Positions 36,801 to 47,632 of a stretch of 64,000 nucleotides of DNA are shown here, in pieces. Positions within the stretch are counted from its first letter, which is position 1. Every line of letters starts with the position of its first letter. The stretch covers positions 7,756,771 to 7,820,770 of the forward strand of contig CAJINV010000004.1 of the NCBI GenBank assembly GCA_905178155.1, given 5' to 3'. The notes below the pieces were generated by a model. The model saw only the letters and a list, made by a program, of their open reading frames with translations. It was not told where the DNA came from and did no database searches. This stretch comes from Amoebophrya sp. A120 (lineage: Eukaryota; Protista; Dinoflagellata). A program made the position numbers and the translations under genes.

Positions 36801-39800
36801 CTCCTCCGCCCCCGGCGGTTTTCTTTTTTCGTCCGACGCGGTGGATAAGAGTGCAACGTCACCCCCGGAGGTGCCGTCGCCCGCGGATCCTGGAACATCA
36901 ACAAATGGAACAACAATCTTCAACACGCCTCCTGAAGAAGAAGCTGACGGCGGCTTCTTGCTAGGGACGTCTGGAGAGCAGCAAGCGGCAACCGGGCCCT
37001 TCTGCCCGCAGTCGGGGTTCATTATGGAAGCCATTGGGGGGCAGGTCGGGGAGCTGGTGCAGACCACAAAAATGTTTAACACCGACACCGTCGTCACGCA
37101 CAAAGTGTTTTCGGAATGCTCCAAGGACTACATTGCCGGCTACTTCGCAGACCACTACGAGAACAATGGGCAGTGCCTAGAAAACGTGCCGGAGTTCGTG
37201 GCGGGAGACCCCCAGTGCGGCAACGGCATTGTGGAGGAAGGGGAGGACTGCGACTGTGGCAGCAGCGATTGCAGCTTCGCCGGCGGCGGCTTCGAGGGAG
37301 CCATCACCTCGAAGGACGTGTGCTGCAACGGGGCGACGTGCAAATTTCTGCAGGACAATTTCGAGTGCTCCGACCGCACACACGAGTGCTGCCACCAGTG
37401 CTTTTTCCGGCCAAAGGAGGACAACCACATGTGCCGGGCGCCGCGGCACGCGGAGTGCGACCTGCCCGAGTTCTGCGACGGGACGTCGGGGTCGTGCCCC
37501 CGAGATTTGTTCGCCTACAGCGGCAAGTCCTGCACGCAGGGCTTCCGGGCGTTCACGGACCTTAGTGTGGTGGAGAAAGCGAACTTTACCAAACCGGGCA
37601 AGTGCCTGGACGGCAGCTGTATGTCGATGGAGTACACGTGCGGCGTCACCGTGAACAGCCTGCGGGACCTGGCCAAGACTCCGACACGGGCCACCGGTGG
37701 AGGAGCTGTGGTCAAAGCGGTGGACCTAGAGTCCGCGCACTGCCACCGGTTTAACGACCAGTGCTCCGTCGCGGTGTGCCACACGATTGGCGCAACGGAC
37801 CTTGATTGCCAGTCCGGGTTTACCATTATCCTTTGCAAAAGTATCGTACTCGTAGTAATTGCAATCACGCATTACAAATTTTTTTCTGAAGGTAAATCCG
37901 CATTACAAATTTCATTTCTCATGCTGAGGAAATTTGTTAAATGCATTTGTACGAGTGCGATACTTTTGCAATGCATAACCATGCACGGCCAGCAGATGTC
38001 GGTCCCGGACGGCACGCCGTGCTGGCACCGCACCAGCCCCTTCGACCACCGCGACGGCATGTGCTATTCCGGCCGGTGTTACGCATAATACAAATCTACT
38101 GCTCGTCGTTCCACATGAAAATATGTACAACAAGATGCATCACAAATTATTTGGCAAACTATAGAGCATGCAACTTGTAATGCTGAATCGGGGTGCTGGG
38201 GATGAAAACGAAAAAATCCACACATTCAGAAAACTACGCATTTGTACGTGTACATGGGGATGAGAAGAAGATTTCCTATGAATCACTCTCGTTGGCCGGG
38301 CGCGCTGCAGTCGGTCGAGGCCTCGAAGTGCGGCAACGGTGGCGTGGAGTACGGGGAGGAGTGCGACTGCGGCGAAACGGCGCAGGCAAACAGCCCGTGT
38401 TGCGACTGCGCCACCTGCAAGCTGCAGCCCACCGCGGTGTGCAGCGGGCCCGACGCGTGCTGCGACCCGGCCACCTGCCAGTTTCGAAAGAGCGACTTCG
38501 TGTGCCGGACGGCGGTGGACGCGGGTTGTGACCTGCCTGAGACCTGCACGGGCGAAAGCGGCATTTGCCCGGCGGACAAGGGAAAGCCCTGGGGCACGCC
38601 CTGCAAGGCGGCGGACGGCACGGGTAGCACCTGCTACGCGAAGAAGTGCCAGATCAGCAAGAACGCACAGTGCCAGCACGTGAGCGAGCAGCAACTGCAG
38701 CGGGGCAAGGTGACGGCGGTCTACCCCATCTCGGATACACAAATTGAGTTGCCCGAAGATGCACAAGCCACGGCGGAAGGAGCTCCGGAGAGCAGGGACG
38801 GCTGGACGCGCGAGACGCTCCGGCGCACGGGGGACGACGATATGAGCAGCTGTGTGGCGCTGAAGTGCTGCAGGGAAACGACGACTGCGGGCGCGGCGGG
38901 ACAGGAACCGACCGTGAAAAAAACGTGCACGGCCATGCCAACGACCTGGCTGGATTACACGGTGGAGAACAAGCTGTCGCACCTATCGTATGTAAAAACG
39001 TCCTAACCCAGAGGCAAGAAGGGAATTTTGCTACACAGTGCCAGCATCTTTTGGCTGTCGCGCATGACAAGTTTGGACTCGCAGTGTCATCGCGTTTATT
39101 AGCTATTGGAGCTGCATCACAAATCGATCCCCTTATGCTGATCCTAGCATGACAAACTGCCAGACAGCATTACAGAATGCTCCTCATGGGACTCTGCATC
39201 ACAAACATTTGAGGGTTGCAGATTTGCATGGCAAATATGGGGTGAGGACGTTTTAGCCCAGAATAGCACCGACTGTACACCAACCCGGTGGTCACGGGGA
39301 CGCTTCTCGTGAACGGGCAGGCCAACCACTTCAGCGACGAGGCGCAGAAAAAAGCGGTGGAAGCCGTCCGCCCGCACGCGGAGTGGTACGAGCGGCAGGT
39401 GCGGGTGAGCGGGGTGGTCGAAACGAAGTCGTTATGCATTGCAAATATGTCTGGGTCTGGATCTCGAGAGATGCAACTTGTGATGCGGATTCTGGAATAG
39501 GCAAAAATTTGTATTGCATGAGCGCCATTGAATTCTGCCCATTCCTTCGTGCGCAAATTATGCGGAATCTCTCATGCAGGATTGGCATCAACAGGCTTGC
39601 GCAAAACCGGTAATGCTGTTGCGTGCAATAGAGACCATTTGTGTGGTCGAAAAGATGCATGACACATTCGTCCAGACCCAGACATGTTTGCAGTTGATAG
39701 TCGTACGAGAAAAAGCTCGGGCTGCAGCTGTGCGTCCGCGGCGAGGCCATCGTGCCGGTCACGCACGCGGCGCAGTGCCCCCAGCGCACGTTTTTTGAGG

Positions 39801-41687
39801 AGTCCATCGGCGAGTGCCTCCCCTGCGATTCCTCCTGCGCCGTCGCGTGCTCCGGTTCCACCGCGTTGGACTGCGAACCGGGCACCATAGTAGTCGTGGT
39901 GGACGAGGAGCAACAAGAAGAACAACCCGCGGCGACCGCCATGGAGGGCGAACCCCTCACCACGGCGGAGCCCCCGACGAGCAGTCAACCTATAACTACA
40001 GAAATAACGGTGATCTGCCGGGAGGTCCTAAACGCCACATCAGGAGTGCGCGCCGAGCCGGACAGCCGCGGCATGTGTCCCGCGGGCATTGAGATGGTGG
40101 AGAACGTCGAGCTGGTGGATAAAGAGATTGAAGTCGGCGGCGAGGCCGAGCTGGCCCTGAGCCCGCTCGGACCGAATTTAGGGTCGCACACGGTGCCGCC
40201 GAAGGAAAAAGTGCTGAACGCGACGGTACCGGGTGTTTTGCCCTACGTTCCCGCGCCGCCGATTTATGTCGTGAAGGAGGAGGAAGACGACAAGACAGTG
40301 TTGGACAACTTAGGGGATACGCTGGGCGATTTGGGTGAAGCTCTTACCGGGGAGAATCTGGACAAAACAATCGACGCCGCCGCGAAGGGCTTGAGCGAGG
40401 CCAAGGATTCGCTGAAAGAGAACGCGTCGGCGCTGAAGGACGCCACCAAAAATGCGGTGACCAACATCGTCAACGGCGAGTGCAGCCGGGCGGACATCTA
40501 CCTTGTCATCGGTGTCAGCTATTCCGAGTAAGAACGTCCCCACCCCAGAGTTGTCATGCAAATCAGCACGCCAAAAGAGTTTCTCATGCGGAGCCCCATG
40601 AGAAGCATTTTCTAGTCGTGTTTTGGGATTTGTGATGCTATGATGAGCATGATAAGATAGGTCGCTGATGCTGCTGAACTACCTAAACAGGATCACGGTA
40701 CGAGGACAAACTTGTCATGCGAACCAACCAGAGCTGGCTGATGTGTGTAGCAGATTCCCCACCTTGACTCTGGTGTGGGGACGTTTTTACTCAGGATATC
40801 ACCCTGGGCCTGCTCATCGTGGGCGGGTGTGTGTTGTGCTACCTGTGGCGCTGCATCAGACGGTGCTGCTGCCCGGCCGACGAGAAGCCGCGGGTCGCAA
40901 CGCCGGCGCCGCGCGCCGCCAAGGCCGAGCCGGTCAAGATCAAGCGGCACGTTGTGAAGGTAAAACGAACCCCTGCCGTCGTGCAGGTAAAACAAACGCC
41001 CGCCGACGGAAAGGAAGCCTCCAGCTCCTCCTCCTCCTCTTCTAGCGAAGATGAAATTTCCACGACGCACATTGCGGGCATGCCTGAGCAGGCCCATCCG
41101 CGCAGCACCGTGAGCTCGAGGAAGAGGGCGCGCGGCTCGACCACGTTCATGGATTTTGGGACCGACGAAACCGATATGGAATGCAAATATGTCTGGGTCT
41201 GGAGGGTTGCAGTTTGTGATGCTGTCTCTGGATTCAAAAACAATCTGTATTGCATGACCAGCAAGAGGAGCCCGGTTTGCGCTACGCGGGGAGGGGATTT
41301 GTTTCTCATGCGGAGTAGGCACCATCAGGAGGCCCTCTAAAAACCTGTGATGCTAGGCCATACACTAAAGGTATGATGGGTCATACAAAATATGCATGAC
41401 AAACTCTTCATTTTTCCAGGCCCAGACACATTTGCAGTGCATAACCGACATGAGTAGGAGCAGTGACGACAACATGGCCGAGGTTGCGGAAACCCGAAAA
41501 ATTTATCCTGTGCAAAAGTATCGTACTCGTACAAATGCAAGTTTTGCATTACAAATCTTGTTTCCAAGGCAAATCTGCATTACAAATTTTATTTCGCATG
41601 CTGAGGAAATTTGTAATGCATTTATACGAGTGCGATACTTTTGCAATGCATAAAATTCAGCTCCAGTTGGTTTCGAAAAAGGTCTAA
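33824..41687 (+). CDS. ADAM/reprolysin (M12B)-like membrane metalloprotease with two disintegrin/Cys-rich modules; 9 introners
   Basis: Hydrophobic leader (LAVAALLPFLIHLAGLLSYA; ORF open from 33575), VEVLVVND, LSGRDFD..VGLANVGSMC, AH|ELGHNFNMNHD zinc motif, Met-turn GFIM, CGNGIVEEGEDCDCG, a second CGNGGVEYGEECDCG, a TM segment and a cytoplasmic tail; stop at 41687. Confidence 0.9.
35627..35888. mobile_element. Introner family A
   Basis: Family A TIRs; TSD CATAC. Confidence 0.92.
36234..36428. mobile_element. Diverged D-like introner inside the HEXXH codons
   Basis: TATGAACTTGGAAA...GCATCGTACT and GAGTACGA...TTTTGCAGAGGATA; TSD GCACG/ATACG; removal gives AHELGH. Confidence 0.85.
37827..37977. 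mobile_element. Introner family D
   Basis: Family D TIRs; TSD ACCAT. Confidence 0.92.
38080..38284. mobile_element. Highly degenerate introner-derived intron
   Basis: Eroded inverted ends (TACGCATAATACAAATCTACTGCTCGTC vs reverse complement of right end GATTCATAGGAAATCTTCTTCTCATC); internal GCATCACAA and TTGTAATGC motifs; removing 38080-38289 joins CYSGRC|RWPGALQ in frame. Confidence 0.6.
38984..39265. mobile_element. Introner family B
   Basis: Family B TIRs; TSD GCACC. Confidence 0.9.
39433..39699. mobile_element. Introner family A
   Basis: Family A TIRs; TSD GTCGT. Confidence 0.92.
40520..40798. mobile_element. Introner family B
   Basis: Family B TIRs; TSD TCAGC/TCACC; splits the TM helix. 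Confidence 0.9.
41175..41443. mobile_element. Introner family A
   Basis: Family A TIRs; TSD ACCGA. Confidence 0.92.
41504..41652. mobile_element. Introner family D
   Basis: Family D TIRs; TSD AAATT. Confidence 0.92.
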
Positions 41688-42858
41688 GTGGTCTGAGTTA
41701 GTCTACTTCTGGAGAAACGAGATTAAGGACGACATTGAGGATTTGTCTGAGGACCATTATAATCACTGTAATCAAGGATTGTTACGTGGCGATGCTGATC
41801 AAAGTGCAGTTTATGTTTATTATTCGCAAGTAAGTATTGACATTGAGAAACTTTTCGAGTTTCTGTATCTTCTGTTGTATAATGATGATAACTTGTAGTA
41901 GTTTCTGAATAATCTGACAGTAAGTACGCAAAAATAAGCAGCAGTTGTTTCAGCTGACAGCATATTTTATACATTGCAACAATTCATTTTCATCACCGAG
42001 CCAATTTCTCACAGCGGCCGACTATTTTAGTTTTACGGATTATACAACCAAATCACAGAAGTTTCATCTTCCGACACAAGAACTCCAGTGCGCAGGGAGG
42101 GGGCGGATGTCGAGAAGAAAATTTAGTTTTTTAGTTGCACAATGAACCAGTCAAACACCTCCGAGAACAAACCATTATTTCAGCTTCGAGTTACAAACTT
42201 TTGACTGCCTTTTGAAAACTTAACAACAATTTTATCCAAACGAATTTTCTTTTTATGTCCCAAAAAATTGATCCTTGTCTTGAGAGCCAGAACGAAGTGT
42301 TTCTATGTTGATGCAACTTTTTACACCTGTACCTACTACTACCAAAACTTGATGGTGATGCAAGCGTCATTGAGATTGAATTTGAATTTGAGACTAGCTT
42401 AGCTTTATGGTTCTGAAGGGTACTACTTCTCTCTCTCTGACGTCACGTATAGCCATTAAAAATTGGACCTTTTAAACGCTGTACATACGTTGGAAGTATT
42501 ATCGAAAAGAATGAAACCGAAGTCTGCGCGCCGTTTCCCTTTCCTGACACGTTGAAAGAACGTCCATTGGTGTTCCAGTTGTGTCGTCGGTCGCACAAGA
42601 AAACTCATCGTTCCGATTACGTGCGTCGTGTGGTATAATTTTGTTTGCGTTTCGTACAAATGAACTCTCCAGACCACCATCTATTTCTCTGCGCAGGTGC
42701 TGTTGTTTTCGTTGTGACAATCGATCTGCGGGGGCCAAAAAAAATGTTGCTATGAACGAAGCAACAAACAGATTTTGACGTGTGCATATGAACATCAACT
42801 GTCCGTTACAACAAACCAAGAACTAGGCCACTACGGGAAATAAATAAAATATTTGATC

Positions 42859-45800
42859 ATGCCGCCCGCCAGTACGTCATGCCGTGGTCTCTTTCGCCTT
42901 TCCCTGCCGAACTACCGGAACACCGGGCACACCGCGCGGCCCTTCGAGCAGATGGCGGTCCGGGCGGTGCGGGCGGAAGCGAGGCTGAAGAGAAAAGGTA
43001 TCACTAAATACAACAAGCGATTTCGGGCCTGGAGCCAGAAACGGGTATGCATTGCAAATATGGTGTTCTGGAACGTTGTGATGCAAATCTACGAATGGTG
43101 GGAAGACACTGCAATATGCAGCCCAGCATGACAAGTTTTTGCGCTGCTGTGTGTTTCGTTTTTCGCATGACAAACTGCGTTTATTTTGCATCACAGGCAG
43201 TAGGCCCTTTTCCTGCTCGTGCATGTCAAATTTAAAAGTCATGTCAGACAAGCATGACAAACTTGCATTCTTCCAGACCTACACATATTTGCATTTGATA
43301 ACGGGTGCGGAAATACAACATCGCACTCCCGGTGGTCATATCTACTGCAAAAGTATCGTACTCGTATCAATGCAAGTCTTGCATTACAAATCTTTTTCTT
43401 AAGGTGAATTTCTCATGCTGAGGAAATTTGTAATGCATTTTTTATACGAGTACGATACTTTTGCAGTTCATAGGTCATCACTTCCGACCCGCAGTTGATG
43501 GACGCGAAATACCTGACCGCGTGTGTGCACAAGGCCGCGCAGCACAGAAAGCACGACATCAAGCTCTGGGACGGCTTTGTAAAGCGCCTGGTGGAAATCG
43601 CGAATGGGGGAACAAGAACTACGGATGCTTTATTGTCGACTGCAGGGAGTGGGAGAAGCAATGCTGGAGGGAATGGCGCTGATGCAGCACTTCTCACGGT
43701 CAACAACAGCACCTCATCCTCGTCGTCCTCCTCCAGCGCTTCGTCCGGTTCCCCCCCGGTTTCCGTCACACAGCAGCCCTTCGACCCGGTCGACTGGGGC
43801 TACCTACTTTGGTCGGTTGGCAAAGCAGGGTACCTGAGCAAAACCTTCTTCGAAACCATGCGCAGGACGCTCTTGTTCGGCGGGAGTGGAACCGTAGTAT
43901 CAGGGCGAGGTTCGAGTTCACCTCCCTCCGCCCCGATGCTTCCCAACCTCGGGAGTTACCAGCTCATGTCGCTCTTCTGGTGCTGCAAGCGGTTGAACTA
44001 TCGAGACGTGCCGTTACAGCAAGCGGCGATACGGGTGGTGCTCGACAAACTGGACGATATACGATATCCTATGTAAAAACATCCCCACACCAGAGTCAAG
44101 ATGGGAAATGTGCTAGACAAATCAACCAGCTTTGGTTGTTTCGCATGACAAACTTGGCCCCGTAGTGTAATCCTGTGTAGCTAGCTCCAGCAGCATCACA
44201 GATCTGGCGTATCATGCTGATTTGAGCATCACAAACTCCAAAACGCGACGGAGAAATGCTTCGCATGGGACTCCGCATGACAAACATTTTCAGCATGCAG
44301 ATTTGCATGACAACCCTGGGGTGGGGACGTTTTTACTCAGGATATACGACCGGCGGACTTCGTGAAAATCATCAACGCGGCGGCCGCACTGGTATCAAAG
44401 GGAAAAATCCCCTCTCCCCATATTGAAGCGGAGACTTCTGTTGCTGGATTTGTGTACACAAATCAGCTTTGTATTGCAGGAGGGCGCTGCGGCCAGATCC
44501 CCAGGCTAGATAGGGGCGTATGGGTCGAGTTGTTCAGCATGGCAAACGGCTCCCCTTTAGGCCCAACAGCATGCCAAATCGCTTCCATAATGGGGCGGAT
44601 GCTTCTGCCGTTGTCTTCTTGCAAGACAAACGCGATTTGTGGCCTCAAATCAGCAACACAGATTTTCGGAAACATACCTTTTCAATATGGGGAGGGGGAG
44701 TTTTTCCTTTCAATAACTGGACGTCTTCCCACAGAGTAGTTGCAGCAGAGACGGTACTAGTACATCCGAATCTGCAGCTACTTCCTCGTCGCTAGTAAAC
44801 GACTTGGCGTCCAGTGCAACGAAACTGTTTTCCGCGGCCGTTCCCACTTTCGTCACGGATAGTTTCTCTTCAGGAACTACGTCTTCGTCTGCCGGCGCGA
44901 CTCTGAAGAAACGGTTATTCACCGTTTGCCACAGCAAACTCGACGCCTGCACTGTATCCTGATTAAAAATGTCCCCACACCAGAGTCAAGATGGGAAATG
45001 TGCTAGACAAACCAACCTGCTTTGGTTTTTTCGCATGACAAGTCTGTCCGCCCTTTAGTGTAATCCTGTTTTTTAGCTAGTTCCGAAGCATCACAGATCT
45101 AGCGCGTCGCGCTGATTCTAGCATCACAAAATCCAAAACACGACTAGAGAATGGCTCTCATGGGGCTCCGCATGGGAGACTTTTTTGGCATGCAGATTTG
45201 CATGACAACTCTGGGGTGGGGACGTTTTTACTCAGGATACACTGCGCAGGAGTTCCGTGACGCGGTGAATCCCTGCTTGATCGGTGCTTTTTTCTCCTAT
45301 CCCAGAGAAAAAAGCTGGCAGGGCATATTTGTGATGCAAAAATGAATGCACAGAAAAACTTGTCATGGGTGGCCCCATAGCATGCTGTTTCGGATATGCC
45401 ATGCAGATCTTTTTGTGTATTTATTTTTGCAGTACAAATATGCCCTGCCAGCTTTTTTCTGTGTGATATCTCCGACGAACTGATCAAATACACACTGACG
45501 CGCTTTCGGAAAATCCACATCACCGCCCGGCCCCACCACCTATTGAAGGCCTTCGAATCCGCGGTGGTTTGTCGGACGCTGTACCCGCACGTGTGGGTGA
45601 ATCTGGACTCTATCCTGTGCAAAAGTATCGTACTCGTAGTAATTGCAGTTATGCATTACAAATCTTTTTCCTAAGGTCAATCAGCATTATAAATTCCATT
45701 TCTCATGCTGAGGAAATTTGTAATGCGATTTCTACTAGTATGATGCTTTTGCAATGCATAGGCTCCGAGGTGAAGCAGTTTTACGTGAAACTTTCGATGC

Positions 45801-46976
45801 GGCACATTCCCTGCTTCGTCAAGTCCCCCGACGCGTTTCACTGGAACGTTTCGAAACACCTGTCGCAACTGGAGCAGAACCACCGGAACGCGTTCCGCTG
45901 GGGGCCGTTTTGGCTCGATATCGGCTTGGAATCGCTGGACGCGCAGACGGAAAAGCGAGACTGCATCCTCTTGGATCGGCAACCAGCCTTCTACTTCGGC
46001 ACCAACAAATACATCCGGCTGCGGAAGCTGCAGCACAAGGTGCTCACCCATCTCGGGTGGAACGTAAAGCACGTCAGGTGAGAAACGAAGGGAAAAGGAA
46101 ATATCTTTGTGGATTTTTGGTAAAGATTGAGATTTTTGTCAGGCCTGCTTTCTACCACATACATTTTTGAATCGGATCAAATACAATACAGGTACGAAGA
46201 CTGGTTTCGCTTCAAGCCGGGCTCGGATAGCGAGAAGAAACAGCAGTTTCTACTCCATTTGCTGGCAAAAGAGGAGCCGACTATGCTGAACGAAAACGCT
46301 CCACCCCAAAGTTGTCATGCATATGTACAATTACAGGAGTGCGTGTCATGCGCATCCCCATGAAAGGCGTTTTTCATCGTGTTTTGGCATTTGTGATGCT
46401 GTAAACAGGATGAGGAGATGAATTTCTGAGTCGGGTGTGCTTGCTAACCTGCACTACAATAGAGAGAGAAACTTGTCATGCGTGACTCCTAAAACTGTTG
46501 GATTTGTGTTGCAGGCTTCCCAAGTGGACTCTGGGGTCGTGGGGTCGTTTTTACAAATGATACACACCGAGATTTTGTTGGATAAGAAGGAGATTTCGTA
46601 CAACCGAATGGCGAAGAACGTGTCCGTATGCATTGCAAATATGTCTGGGTCTGGAAGGATGCAATTTGTGATGCTGCATTTGCATGCTACAAAAATCTAT
46701 ATTGCATGAACAGCCAAAGAGGTCCAGTTTTTGCCATGGCGAGAGGGCATTTCTCATGCGGTATAGGCATCAGGAAGCCCTCGCAAAATCAGTGATGCTA
46801 GGGCATGCATCGCAGACGTCAGGAATCATGCAAAATGTGCATGACAAACCTTGCATCCTTCCAGACCCAGACATATTTGCATTTGATAGTCCGAGAAAAA
46901 GGGGTATTTGGAAAGCGTGAAACTATACAAGCTGAAGCAGAAATCGGGCCGAAAAGTGGAACTCAGCTTCGATTGA
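42859..46976 (+). CDS. RAP-domain (FASTK-like) helical-repeat RNA-binding protein, possibly organelle-targeted; 9 introners plus one GT-AG intron (46078-46191)
   Basis: Basic, acid-poor N-terminus; helical repeats (DWGYLLWSVGKAGY, YQLMSLFWCCKRLNY); C-terminal GPFWLDI...CILLDRQPAFY...RKLQHKVLTHLGWNVKHVR|YEDW fits the RAP domain pattern; stop TGA at 46976. Confidence 0.8.
43046..43300. mobile_element. Introner family A
   Basis: Family A TIRs (left one diverged); TSD ACGGG. Confidence 0.9.
43339..43472. mobile_element. Introner family D
   Basis: Family D TIRs; TSD GGTCA. Confidence 0.92.
44065..44344. mobile_element. Introner family B
   Basis: Family B TIRs; TSD TACGA. Confidence 0.92.
44393..44715. 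mobile_element. Introner family C (opposite orientation to 5399 and 12061)
   Basis: Family C TIRs; TSD ACTGG. Confidence 0.92.
44955..45239. mobile_element. Introner family B
   Basis: Family B TIRs; TSD CACTG. Confidence 0.92.
45298..45468. mobile_element. Introner family F
   Basis: TIR TATCCCAGAGAAAAAAGCTGGCAGGGCATATTTG...CAAATATGCCCTGCCAGCTTTTTTCTGTGTGATA; TSD TCTCC. Confidence 0.92.
45611..45760. mobile_element. Introner family D
   Basis: Family D TIRs; TSD GACTC/GGCTC. Confidence 0.9.
46282..46562. mobile_element. Introner family B (diverged)
   Basis: Eroded family B TIRs; TSD CCGAC/CACAC. Confidence 0.85.
46627..46888. mobile_element. Introner family A
   Basis: Family A TIRs; TSD GTCCG. 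Confidence 0.92.
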
Positions 46977-47632
46977 AACCGATGAGGCTGCTGGTGGTAG
47001 TTCCTGCTCTGCGAGATATTTTCCTATTGCTAATTTCATTCAGTGGAAAGAACACCGCAAGAGGCTTCAGTTGTACTAGAGAATAAAAATAACTTCTCAA
47101 CATCCGGCGGTTTTAGCATTTCATCTTCTTCTCGAGCGCATGTTGAAATTAATAGAAATAGATTTCTCTCAAGTGCACACACAAACCGCCATTGCGTCAC
47201 CGGAGCCCTGTGAGTCCTAGCAGTGGGATTTTCTTCAAATATTTGATAACTGTGTTCGCCGCGACAAGAGCATCAATTGTGAAGTCTATTCCGGAAGTTA
47301 CCAACCGGTGTCACTGACGATATAAAGATGGTGGATCTACTGCATGGCAACTACAAATGAAATGGATATTGAACTGTCCCCGTCGCTTCATCTGACCAAC
47401 GAACGTCATAACCGCAAAGAAAAAGCTGCACGAAGTTCTAGATGAATTCCTCTTCAGTAAATCTAGATGCACCACATGAGTTTCCACTAGAAATATTAAA
47501 ACGTAAGACAAGACAAGATGCGCAGGATCGGTGAGGACGTGTCTCGCCGTTTTGCTGTGAAGGTAAAAAACCACCTCCGTTGGAAAAATAAATCGACTCG
47601 CAGCATGATCAAATGCTGATTCCACGACGACC

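Noticed and set aside
11878-45760. Element lengths (D about 150, B about 283, C about 321 bp) as nucleosome multiples
   Set aside because: Family A (about 260), E (221), F (171) and F2 (209) do not fit; this cannot be supported without chromatin data.
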